The notes under the pieces were generated by a model. That model was not told the origin of the DNA. It saw nothing but the letters and a program-made list of their open reading frames with translations, and made no database searches. This document shows, piece by piece, positions 32,556-41,614 of a stretch of 64,000 nucleotides of DNA; the stretch's first letter is position 1; every line of letters begins with the position of its first letter. Both the position numbers and the translations under genes were made by a program. The stretch covers positions 56,575 to 120,574 of the forward strand of contig CAUHHV010000002.1 of the NCBI GenBank assembly GCA_959606065.1, written 5' to 3'. The DNA is from an uncultured Collinsella sp. (GTDB lineage: Bacteria; Actinomycetota; Coriobacteriia; Coriobacteriales; Coriobacteriaceae).

Positions 32556-33068
32556 ATGAGTTCCGACAATCGCACTCCCCGGCTTCATTCCTTCCGCATC
32601 GCATGTGCGATAGCCTCTGCGACCCTTTGCGCCACCGCCATCGCACAAGTGGCGTTCTCCTTAAAGCCAGCAATCGAAGTGCTCGACAACCCTGTAATTG
32701 CAGACTCCCCCGCGTATCCAGCCCTTGCGATCTCGACATTGCTCCCTGCCGTCATCGGTATCGCTACGACCATCCTCAGCGCCGTTCTCGTGTGGACGAT
32801 CAAGAGCGGAGACCCCTTCAAGAAAGGGTCTGCGACATGCTTGAAGGTGCTCGGCATTCTCTTCGTTGTTCAAGCTGCCACCAGCCTCTACGCCGGCTCA
32901 CTCAAAACCTCCGTTTCGATGTTTGGCGGCGAGGGGGCCGTCGGCGCCCAAGAGATCGCTTCATCATTCGATTGGACCTCTCTGGTTCTCGGCATCGTCC
33001 TGTTCATGCTTTCCCAGCTCTTCTTGTACGCCCGAGAGCTGTACCTCGACTCCGACGAGATTGCGTAA
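32556..33068 (+). CDS. DUF2975-like small membrane protein (4 TM)
   Basis: 170 aa with four hydrophobic segments. Immediately upstream of a YozG-like HTH gene, the usual pairing for this family. Confidence 0.55.
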   Translation: MSSDNRTPRLHSFRIACAIASATLCATAIAQVAFSLKPAIEVLDNPVIADSPAYPALAISTLLPAVIGIATTILSAVLVWTIKSGDPFKKGSATCLKVLGILFVVQAATSLYAGSLKTSVSMFGGEGAVGAQEIASSFDWTSLVLGIVLFMLSQLFLYARELYLDSDEIA

Positions 33069-33077
33069 GGAAACGCC

Positions 33078-33329
33078 ATGCCCGTAATTGTTCGCCTCGA
33101 CAAGATCATGGCCGAGCGAAAGATTTCCTCGAACGAACTTGCCGAAAGGATTGGAACCACGCCCGTGAACCTGTCCCGTATTAAAAAAGGGCATATTCGC
33201 GGCATTCGCTTCAACACACTCGAGCAGCTATGCCTCGCCCTTCGTTGCCAACCCGGAGACCTTCTCGAAGTCATGAGCGAAGAGGATGCCCGAAAGGAGT
33301 TCGGACTCGATTGGTCCGCCGAGGATTAG
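33078..33329 (+). CDS. XRE-family (YozG-like) helix-turn-helix transcriptional regulator
   Basis: The 83-aa protein contains the HTH KISSNELAERIGTTPVNLSRIKKG. Confidence 0.7.
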   Translation: MPVIVRLDKIMAERKISSNELAERIGTTPVNLSRIKKGHIRGIRFNTLEQLCLALRCQPGDLLEVMSEEDARKEFGLDWSAED

Positions 33330-34055
33330 AGGGCGGTCGTACTCGCCCTGCACACGGGGATGCGAATCGGCGAGGTCTGCGGCCTTCGGTGGTGCGATGT
33401 GGATTTCGAGACGGGCCTGATCTCGATCAGACACTCGGTGGCGTACGCGAAGGGAATGGGTTCGTTCATCAAGGACACCAAGACCCATGACGCCAGGGGT
33501 ATCCCCATCGACCCGGTCGGCCTACTCCCCTTCCTGAAGGAGACCCACGAGATCGACTGCGGAAAGCTGCGCTTGCGCGGCCTTACCGGGGCGGTCGAGA
33601 TCGGGGACTGCTACATCCTGTCGGAGCCGGGCGCGACCTTCGCGACGACAAGCTATATCCGCAGGGCGTTCAAGACGTTCTCGGAGACCAACGGCCTCAT
33701 GGGCACCAACGATGAGCTGATCACGTTCCACGGCCTTCGCCACACGTTCGCAACGCAGTGGATCCGCCAAGGCGGCGATATCAAGGCGCTCCAATCGATC
33801 CTCGGCCACAAGGACGCCATGGCGACGCTCAACGTCTACGCCGACATCGAGCCCATCTCCAAAATCCATAACATGCTGCGCGCCACGCCGTGCCTTTGGC
33901 GCGGGCACCTCGGGCCGAGGGTCGATCCGGGTCCCATGTTCCAACAGAGGATCCAGGAGTCCATCGAGACGCTCCAGGCGTTCGGCTACGGCATCACCGA
34001 GCCGGACGACCGAAATATCGCCATACGCGACGTGAAGACGAACAGTTGGCTCTAG
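33330..34055 (+). pseudogene. N-terminally truncated tyrosine recombinase/integrase (catalytic domain only)
   Basis: Begins at box I (LALHTGMRIGEVCGLRWCDVD) and includes HGLRHTFAT (HxxR) and the LNVYAD Tyr region. The core-binding domain is missing. It starts in frame directly after the TAG stop of the HTH gene. Confidence 0.7.
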
Positions 34056-34451
34056 CTCACCGAGTACGCGGCAGTGCTGGGCCCATCCCAACTGAGGTCA
34101 CGGTGGTCCGATAGGGGCGCCGCCCGCGGCATGCGCCGCGGAGCGGTATCCCCTACCGAAGGGCGGGGATGCCCTCCGCTTCCAGTTCGGAATCAGCCGT
34201 CGGAGGCGTTCGGCTGACTGCGGGAACGGCCTGTCCGCTCAATGTGTTCGGCTGAGATCGGAAATCAACCCAACACGAGCCGGACACGCGCCAGACGGCT
34301 CTTCCCCGTGCGGCCTTCCCCCTTACGCTCATGTTGCAGGCATGTAACGCCGCAGCGAGCGCGCCTTTTTTGCGCCAGACAGGTACAATGATGAACACTG
34401 TACCGTAGCGGAGCGCCCCGCGCGCGCCGCAATCACGCGAAAGGGTTTCCC

Positions 34452-34739
34452 ATGGCCGAGATCTCGTCCTCCCGTATCGTCATCACCGTCCTTGGCAAGA
34501 ACCGCCCCGGCATCGTCGCCGGCGTCACCCGCGTTCTGGGCGAGGCCAACGTCGACATCCGCGACATCACGCAGTCCATTATCGAGGACATCTTCACCAT
34601 GACCATGCTGGCCGACACCGCCGAGTCCAAGCTCGACTTTGCCGAGCTGCAGAAGGCCCTGGCCGAGGCCGGCGAGCTTTCGGGCGTCAACGTGTCCATC
34701 CAGCGCGAGGACGTCTTTAACTTTATGTACCGCCTGTAG
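34452..34739 (+). CDS. ACT-domain protein (UPF0237-like)
   Basis: 95 aa with an ACT fold (IVITVLGKNRPGIVAGVTRVLGEANVDI). Confidence 0.65.
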   Translation: MAEISSSRIVITVLGKNRPGIVAGVTRVLGEANVDIRDITQSIIEDIFTMTMLADTAESKLDFAELQKALAEAGELSGVNVSIQREDVFNFMYRL

Positions 34740-34813
34740 CGAACAGGCTGCGTGGAGACGGCCCAACGTGCGCCCAGGCGCAACGTCACCACATGGCCCG
34801 GAGAGGAGCGCAC

Positions 34814-36232
34814 ATGGCCTACGACGCCAAGAAAATCTACTACCGCTTCGACGACCACCTGAGCCGTCTGGTCTTGGATTACGAAGCAAGCCGCCAGATT
34901 TCGTCTGAGAGCGAAAACCTCTACCACGGCCTGCCGACCGACCCTTATGACGAGGGCCTGTTTGTTGAGCACAATGTCAAGCGCGGCCTGCGCAATGCCG
35001 ACGGCTCGGGCGTGGTCGCGGGCCTCACTCGCATCTCGGATGTGCACGGCTACAACAAGGTCGACGGAAAGGTCGTGCCCGATCAGGGCAAGCTCACGCT
35101 TCGCGGCTACAGCATCGAGGATCTGGTCAACAATGCCCAGGCCGAGAATCGCTACGGCTACGAGGAAGTCGCCTATCTGCTTATCACGGGTTCGCTACCC
35201 AACAAGGAAGAGCTCGACGGCTTTTGCGAGCGCCTGGGCGCCTTTAGACATCTGAGCGACGAGTACGTCAAAGAGTTCCCTATGACCACGGTGTCGTCGA
35301 GCATCATGAACGTGCTCCAGCGCGCCGTGCTGCTGCTCTACGCCTTCGATGCCGAACCAGACGTGATCACGCCCGAGCACGAAATCGACGTCGCCATTTC
35401 CATGCTCGCACGTCTCCCGCGCATCGCCGCCTTCGCACACATGGCCTCGATCGCCAAGCTTCGCGGCTCCGAGGTTCACGTGCCGCACCCCACGCCCGGT
35501 CTCTCCACCGCCGAGACCATCCTACAGGTCCTGCGCGGCGGCATGGCATTCACCCGCGATGAGGCGATGCTGCTCGACGTTATGCTCATGCTGCATGCCG
35601 AGCACGGCGGCGGCAACAACTCCACCTTCGCCTGCCGCGTGCTGTCCTCTTCGGCAACCGACCCGTATTCCGCTTACGCCGCGGCTATCGGCTCGCTCAA
35701 GGGCCCGCGCCACGGCGGTGCCAATGCCAAGGTCGTGTCTATGCACGAGGACATCCGCGCGCATGTCTCCAACTGGGAGGACGAGGACGAGGTTGCAGCC
35801 TACCTGGGCAAGATTCTCGACAAGCAGGCCTTCGACGGCACGGGTCTCATCTACGGTATGGGCCACGCCGTCTACACGCTGAGCGACCCGCGTGCCGAGG
35901 TGTGCCGCCGTTACGCGCGCTCACTGGCAGCCAAGAAGGACTTGGGCGAAGAGTTCGCACTCATCGAGCGCATCGAGCGCCTGGCACCGCAGGTGATGCG
36001 CGACCACGGCATGACCAAGCCCATCTGCGCCAACATCGACCTGTACACAGGCTTTATCTACAAGATGCTCGGCGTGCCCGAAACGCTCTTTACGCCGCTA
36101 TTCGCCGTCGCCCGCATGGCCGGCTGGTCGGCACACCGCATGGAAGAGCTCTTCTGCGCGCACCGTATCATCCGCCCCGCCTATCGTCCGGTGATCGAGC
36201 CGCTGGAGTACAAGCCGCTCGCCGACCGCTAG
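34814..36232 (+). CDS. gltA: citrate synthase
   Basis: Catalytic-region motifs are present, including GYGHAVY-type GMGHAVY and the HGGANA region. Start set at MAYDAKKIYYRF after a GGAGAGGAG ribosome-binding site. Confidence 0.85.
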   Translation: MAYDAKKIYYRFDDHLSRLVLDYEASRQISSESENLYHGLPTDPYDEGLFVEHNVKRGLRNADGSGVVAGLTRISDVHGYNKVDGKVVPDQGKLTLRGYSIEDLVNNAQAENRYGYEEVAYLLITGSLPNKEELDGFCERLGAFRHLSDEYVKEFPMTTVSSSIMNVLQRAVLLLYAFDAEPDVITPEHEIDVAISMLARLPRIAAFAHMASIAKLRGSEVHVPHPTPGLSTAETILQVLRGGMAFTRDEAMLLDVMLMLHAEHGGGNNSTFACRVLSSSATDPYSAYAAAIGSLKGPRHGGANAKVVSMHEDIRAHVSNWEDEDEVAAYLGKILDKQAFDGTGLIYGMGHAVYTLSDPRAEVCRRYARSLAAKKDLGEEFALIERIERLAPQVMRDHGMTKPICANIDLYTGFIYKMLGVPETLFTPLFAVARMAGWSAHRMEELFCAHRIIRPAYRPVIEPLEYKPLADR

Positions 36233-36318
36233 GACGCGGACCGTTATAGAACTCGAGCGTGGCCAGGGACCCAAGCCCTCGGCCACGCTTTTTATGCCAG
36301 TAGAAAGGACCGCATCAA

Positions 36319-37161
36319 ATGATTGTGTTTTCCGATATGGATGGGACGCTGCTGACGAGCGATAAGCAAATGAGCGATGCCACCTGGGCGATGCTCGACG
36401 AGCTCGCACATCGTGGCATCGAGTTTGTTCCCTGCACGGGACGTCCACTGTCGGGCATCTTTGAGCCCATTCTCGCCCATCCCGCCGTGCACTACGCGGT
36501 CTGTGCCAACGGCGCCAGCGTCTGGCAGCTCGACGAGGATACGCCCACCGACGCCTCGCGCGCCACGTGCATCTTGAGCCGTCCGCTCGACCGTGGCATT
36601 GCCCACCGCATCCATCGCATTGCCGCCGGCCACGATGTGACCTTCGATATCTTCGCGGACGGGCAGTGCTTCCTCCCCCGCTCGCTCTACACGCGCCTGG
36701 ACGAATTCTGCGGCGGCGACCCCCACATCGCGGTTTCGCTCAAGCGCACACGAACACCGATCGACATGAATATCGACAGCAAGATCGACGAGGTCGAGAC
36801 GCTCGAACGCATCGCCATGTACTGGCACGACCCGGCCGATCGCGACGCCATCGCGGCGGAGCTCGACACGCTCGGAGGCATTGAGGTCACACGTTCGTAC
36901 GCCATGAATATCGAGGTCATGGGCGAGGGCGCCACCAAGGGAACGGCCCTCACGTGGTTGTGCGAGCATCTGGGCGAACCCCTTGCCGACGCCTGGGCGT
37001 TCGGCGACAACATCAACGACATCCCCATGCTGCAGGCAGCGGGCCACGGCATGGCCATGATCAACGCCGAGCCCGAGGACCGCGAGGCCGCCGACGCCAT
37101 CACCGAATACGACAACGACCACGACGGCGTCGCCCGCACCATCATGGCCGCCCTCGCCTAG
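36319..37161 (+). CDS. Cof-type HAD-IIB family hydrolase
   Basis: N-terminal DMDGTLL motif and C-terminal GDNINDIPML. Confidence 0.8.
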   Translation: MIVFSDMDGTLLTSDKQMSDATWAMLDELAHRGIEFVPCTGRPLSGIFEPILAHPAVHYAVCANGASVWQLDEDTPTDASRATCILSRPLDRGIAHRIHRIAAGHDVTFDIFADGQCFLPRSLYTRLDEFCGGDPHIAVSLKRTRTPIDMNIDSKIDEVETLERIAMYWHDPADRDAIAAELDTLGGIEVTRSYAMNIEVMGEGATKGTALTWLCEHLGEPLADAWAFGDNINDIPMLQAAGHGMAMINAEPEDREAADAITEYDNDHDGVARTIMAALA

Positions 37162-37267
37162 TCATTAGGGACGTTCTTGAATGACTAGTCGTTGGGGACA
37201 GTCTTCTCGAAAAAGCTGCAAGGGCTGTCCCCCACTGCCGGCAGAAAAGGAACGTCTCCATCTGCCG
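37158..37267. repeat. Composite hairpin cluster between convergent HAD genes: CTAGTCATT-[AGGGACGTTCTTG]-AATGACTAG, GGGGACAG..CTGTCCCC, then GCCGGCAGAAAAGGAACGTC (family-2 related)
   Basis: Read directly. Shares the GGAACGTCCC / GCCGRCAGAAAAGGAACGTC motifs with 1251-1321. Confidence 0.55.
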
Positions 37268-37269
37268 GA

Positions 37270-38064
37270 TTAAGCGAGACTCTCCAGCACGCGACGGAGC
37301 TCCTGCTGGACGGCGTGGTCGCGGTTACAACCCACCACGCGATCGGCCACCGCCTTGAGCGCGGGGCGTGCATTTTCCATCGCGCAACCCGTGCCGACAA
37401 AGCGAATGATCTCGTAGTCGTTCATCGAGTCACCAAACGCCATGACCTCGTCGCGCCCAATGCCGTAATGCTCCGCGAGCTGCGCGATGCCCGAGGCCTT
37501 CGACACACCGGGCTGCATGGCATCGATCCACGCGTTACCCGAAGGCGCAAAAGTAAAGAGCTGCCCAAGTTCGCGCTGCAGTACGTACGCACTGTCCATA
37601 ACGGCACCGTCATCGCAAAAGATACTCGCCTTGATGATATTTACACTGGGATCGGGCAGCTCCCAAATGCGCTCGGCATTGGGAAGGTCCTTATCGACCT
37701 CACGCACGAACTTGCACTCGTCATCGAGCAGGAAGGACTTGGTTCGGTCAAAAAGCGCAAGATGCAGATTGGGAAACGTCGCGACAGCTTGGGCGAGCCT
37801 TCGAATCGCCAGGTGCGAATACACCTCACGGTCTACCATTTTGCCGTCGGCGTAGACCTGGGCGCCGTTAGCGGCGACAAAGTCCATCTTGCCGCGAACG
37901 GGCGCAAAGAACTCGCACAGGCGATCGTAGCGACGACCTGACGATGCGGCGAAATGCACACCATGCTCGTGTAGTGCCAGAATCAGTTCGTAGGTCTCGG
38001 GAGGCACCTGGCCGTTTTCGTCAAGCAGCGTGCCGTCCATATCGGATGCAATCAGTTTAAACAT
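37270..38064 (-). CDS. Cof-type HAD-IIB family hydrolase
   Basis: N-terminal DMDGTLLDENGQ motif and C-terminal GDSMNDYEIIRFVGTGCAMENA. Confidence 0.8.
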   Translation of the reverse strand: MFKLIASDMDGTLLDENGQVPPETYELILALHEHGVHFAASSGRRYDRLCEFFAPVRGKMDFVAANGAQVYADGKMVDREVYSHLAIRRLAQAVATFPNLHLALFDRTKSFLLDDECKFVREVDKDLPNAERIWELPDPSVNIIKASIFCDDGAVMDSAYVLQRELGQLFTFAPSGNAWIDAMQPGVSKASGIAQLAEHYGIGRDEVMAFGDSMNDYEIIRFVGTGCAMENARPALKAVADRVVGCNRDHAVQQELRRVLESLA

Positions 38065-38237
38065 AGAAAAGCTCCCTTCGGGCTTGTTGGAATCGAACGT
38101 GTATCCGATTCCAACGTACCCAAAGGGAGTTCAAATAAGACTCCGCGGGCGTAAACGTTACAAGGACCTGGCAAATAGCTCACACATGCCAGAGATCCTA
38201 CGGTCGTGGCGCCAGGCGACACGCCACCCCGACGGCC

Positions 38238-38270
38238 AGTCGTTTAAGAACGTCCCCGATGACTAGTCGG
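38238..38270. repeat. Hairpin related to 37158-37188 with its loop inverted (CCAGTCGTT-[TAAGAACGTCCCC]-GATGACTAGTCGG); overlaps the adenine deaminase stop
   Basis: Same GACTAGTC stem, with the GGGACGTTCTT loop in reverse-complement orientation. Confidence 0.5.
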
Positions 38271-40083
38271 CGTAGGTGAAGGTCGTGACGTCGAACATGC
38301 CCTCGGGGCGAATGCGGAGCGTCGGGATGACCGGCAGGGGCAGGAAGATGATGCCCATGATGGGGTCGAGCGGCGACTCAATACCCATGGCGCGCGCCTT
38401 GACCATAAAGTCGTCGTGCTGCGCGGCAACGTCCTCGGCCGTGCCTTCGCTCATAAGGCCACCGAGCGCCAGCGGAATGCGCGCCACGACCTCTCCGTTG
38501 CGCACCAGCACGTGACCACCTTGGCCCACGGCCTCAACGGCGGCCATCATATCGGCGGCGTTGTCGCCCACCACGCACACGTTGTGCGAGTCGTGGCCGA
38601 TCGTGGAGGCAATGGCGCCACCCGTGATGGTAAAGCCGCGCACCCAGCCGCGACCGATGTGCTTGCCGACAAGACCCAGGCCAGCGGGGCCGTCGCCGTC
38701 GGCGCCCTCGGCTTGCAGCGACACGCCGCGGCCGTGGCGCTCGATCAGCATAATGCGACGCAAGTTCTCGTCAGTCTCGGGACGAACCATGCCCGTGATG
38801 GCCTTGCCCGGCACCACGTCAATCACGGCCTCGCCCGGCTTAAAGGCATAGTCGAACACGTCGAGCGATAGCTTCGGCAGCTTAACGGAGGCGCGCAGCT
38901 CATCGGCAAGGGCCGCAACCTCGGCCATCTCGGGTGCAATCTCGCCCACAAAGGTGCCGTCCTGCGCCACCAAAGCACCGGCGGCATATACGCGATGCGG
39001 AGCCGTGGCAAACGTCAGGTCATTGAGCACCAGCAGGTCGGCACGCTTGCCCGGGGCAATCGCACCGCGGAGCTCGTGCGGGTCGCGGCAGCCGTGATCC
39101 AGGCCAAACGCCTCGGCCGTGGAGAGGGACGCCATAGAGATAGCGACCACGGGGTCGATACCGGCCTCAATCGCCACGCGGCAGGCATTGTCGATCATGC
39201 CGGTCGCAAGCGCATCGGAAGGGGCGCGGTCGTCAGTCGCAAAGCAGCAGCGGCGGGCGCGCGCGGGATTCTCCAGCAGCATCGGCGACAGGTTGGCCAG
39301 ATCATGGCTGCACGTACCCTCGCGCAGCATCACGTACATGCCGCGAGACAGCTTGTCGAGCGCCTCCTCGGGAATCGTCGACTCGTGGTCGGCGATAATG
39401 CCCGCCGCGGCATAGGCATTGAGGTCCTTGCCGGCAACGAGTGGCGCATGGCCGTCGACCTGCTTGGACGGCGTCTGGTTGGCAGCGTCGATACGAGCAC
39501 AGGTCTCGGGATCGGCCATAAAGACGCCCGGCAGGTTCATCATCTCGCCCAGGCCAAAGACATCACCCGGATATTCGGCAAAAAACGCCTGCATATCAGC
39601 AGCGGTGATGACGGCACCGGCCTGCTCGTCGGGCAGCGCGGGCACGCACGAGGGCATCATGTACTTGATGGAAATAGGAGCGCGACGGCCGTCCTCGATC
39701 ATAAAGCGCAGGCCGTCCAGGCCGGAAACGTTGGCGATCTCGTGGCTGTCGGCAATGGCAGTGGTGGTACCGCGCGTCGCCGCCATGCGCGCATACTCGG
39801 CAGGGCGGATGTTCGAAGATTCGATATGCAAGTGCCCGTCGATAAAACCGGGGGCAAGATAGCGGCCCTGGCAGTCGATGACTTCAGCCGCCTCGTAGGT
39901 GCCAGCAGCGTCATCGCGACCGTCGTAGAGCACGCCGACGATTACGCCATCCTTGACGGCAACGCTACCGGGCGCCACGCGCTGGCCATATACGTCGACA
40001 ATCTGCGCATTGGTAAACAGCGTGTCGACGGGCACGCGACCCTCGGCAGCGTCGATCACAGACCTCATGACCTCAACGGACAT
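38263..40083 (-). CDS. ade: adenine deaminase
   Basis: Amidohydrolase metal-binding motif GFIDGHLHIESS in a domain architecture of about 600 aa. Start trimmed to MSVEVMRSVIDAAEG. The ORF is open upstream to 40164. Confidence 0.85.
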   Translation of the reverse strand: MSVEVMRSVIDAAEGRVPVDTLFTNAQIVDVYGQRVAPGSVAVKDGVIVGVLYDGRDDAAGTYEAAEVIDCQGRYLAPGFIDGHLHIESSNIRPAEYARMAATRGTTTAIADSHEIANVSGLDGLRFMIEDGRRAPISIKYMMPSCVPALPDEQAGAVITAADMQAFFAEYPGDVFGLGEMMNLPGVFMADPETCARIDAANQTPSKQVDGHAPLVAGKDLNAYAAAGIIADHESTIPEEALDKLSRGMYVMLREGTCSHDLANLSPMLLENPARARRCCFATDDRAPSDALATGMIDNACRVAIEAGIDPVVAISMASLSTAEAFGLDHGCRDPHELRGAIAPGKRADLLVLNDLTFATAPHRVYAAGALVAQDGTFVGEIAPEMAEVAALADELRASVKLPKLSLDVFDYAFKPGEAVIDVVPGKAITGMVRPETDENLRRIMLIERHGRGVSLQAEGADGDGPAGLGLVGKHIGRGWVRGFTITGGAIASTIGHDSHNVCVVGDNAADMMAAVEAVGQGGHVLVRNGEVVARIPLALGGLMSEGTAEDVAAQHDDFMVKARAMGIESPLDPIMGIIFLPLPVIPTLRIRPEGMFDVTTFTYAD

Positions 40084-40232
40084 ACATACTCCTTTAACCG
40101 TAGAAAAAAGCTGCGGAGCGGACGAGCCTTCACCGCAGCAAACCAATAGCCATTGTATGCCCAAAAGAAAGTCCCGCTAACACCCCTTCCGCTTAACGGC
40201 ACCGCCAAATGATCCCTCCGTCCCCAAGGGAT

Positions 40233-40275
40233 CGTCGTAACCAAAAAGGCCGCAGTCGGGATTCCCGGCTGCGGC
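40233..40275 (-). terminator. candidate intrinsic terminator after tyrS
   Basis: Minus-strand hairpin AAGGCCGCAGCCGGG..CCCGACTGCGGCCTT followed by TTTTTGGTTAC, about 30 nt past the tyrS stop. Confidence 0.65.
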
Positions 40276-40305
40276 CTTATTGCACTTGTGAGGTCAACTC
40301 GCTCG

Positions 40306-41517
40306 TTAGACCAACTTAAAGCCCTTGCGCTTGCCCACGGAGAGGGTGTCGCCCAGCTTGAGGGCGCTCGGATCGATGTTGTAGCTCTTGGGAGCCACAG
40401 CCTTGCCGTTGATCTTGACGCCGCCGCCGTCGATGTCGCGGCGGGCCTGACCGGCGCTGGCCGAAAGGCCCAGGTCCTTGAGCAGGCCAGCGAGGTAAAT
40501 CTGGCCCTCGTCGTTGACGGTCAGCTCAACGTGCTTCTCGGGGAAGTCGGCAAGCTGGCCCTCCTTGAACACACGGTCGAACTCGGCCTGAGCCTCGTCG
40601 CCGGCGCCAGCACCGTGGTAGGTGTCGCACAGGTCGCGGCCTAGAGCGCGCTTGAGCTCGTAGGGGTCGGCGGAGCCATCGGCCAGGGCGGCATCGATCT
40701 TGTCGACCTCGGCCGGGGTGAGCGAACTGGCCAGACGATAGTACTTGCCAATCATCTCGTCGGGGATGGACATGGTCTTGCCGAACATATCCTTGGGAGC
40801 ATCGGTCAGGCCGATGTAGTTGCCGTAGGACTTGGACATCTTGCGCACGCCATCGGTGCCCTCGAGCAGCGGCATGGTAAGCGCAATCTGCGGCTCCATG
40901 CCCATCTTCTCCATGAGCTCACGGCCGGCGAGCAGGTTAAAGAGCTGGTCGGTGCCGCCCATCTCCACGTCGGCCTTGATCTGAACGGAGTCGAAGGCCT
41001 GCATCACGGGGTACAGGAACTCGTGCAGGGCGATCGGCGTCTGAGACTGGTAGCGCTTAGTAAAGTCGTCGCGCTCAAGGATGCGGGCGACGGTGAACTT
41101 GGAGCACACCTGCAGCAGACCGGCCAGATCCATCGAAAGGATCCAGTCGCCGTTGTGCACAATGGTGGTCTTCTCGGGATCCAGGATCTTCATGGCCTGG
41201 CTCACGTAGGTCTCGGCGTTGGCCTCGATCTGCTCCTGCGAAAGCTGCGGACGCGTGGAGTTCTTGCCCGAGGGATCGCCGATTAGCGCGGTGCCGTTGC
41301 CGATGATAAGGGTGACGTTGTGGCCCAGGTCCTGGAACTGGCGCATCTTGCGCAGCGGCACGGCATGGCCCAGGTGCAGATCGGGGCTAGTGGGATCGAC
41401 GCCGAGCTTGATGTTGAGGGGCTCGCCCTTCTCAAGCTTCTTGCGAAGGTCGGCCTCGGGAACGATCTGCGCGGCGCCCGAGGTGATGATACGCATTTGC
41501 TCGTCAACAGACAGCAT
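40306..41517 (-). CDS. tyrS: tyrosine--tRNA ligase
   Basis: Class I motifs HLGH and KMSKS, and a C-terminal S4 domain. Confidence 0.95.
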   Translation of the reverse strand: MLSVDEQMRIITSGAAQIVPEADLRKKLEKGEPLNIKLGVDPTSPDLHLGHAVPLRKMRQFQDLGHNVTLIIGNGTALIGDPSGKNSTRPQLSQEQIEANAETYVSQAMKILDPEKTTIVHNGDWILSMDLAGLLQVCSKFTVARILERDDFTKRYQSQTPIALHEFLYPVMQAFDSVQIKADVEMGGTDQLFNLLAGRELMEKMGMEPQIALTMPLLEGTDGVRKMSKSYGNYIGLTDAPKDMFGKTMSIPDEMIGKYYRLASSLTPAEVDKIDAALADGSADPYELKRALGRDLCDTYHGAGAGDEAQAEFDRVFKEGQLADFPEKHVELTVNDEGQIYLAGLLKDLGLSASAGQARRDIDGGGVKINGKAVAPKSYNIDPSALKLGDTLSVGKRKGFKLV

Positions 41518-41614
41518 TGGGTATCCTCCTTTTGCTATAGCACCCTCACCGGATACGGCGGTGCTGGAAGTTCATAAACTCTCTTATGATAACCAAAACG
41601 GCGCGGCCGAACAC

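Noticed and set aside
40084-40305. Purine riboswitch upstream of adenine deaminase
   Set aside because: No GUUUCUACC or CCGUAAAU-type conserved cores on the transcribed strand. The hairpin present is better explained as the tyrS terminator.
41518-41614. T-box leader upstream of tyrS
   Set aside because: The upstream gap is under 100 nt, too short for a T-box. No specifier or T-box consensus was seen.
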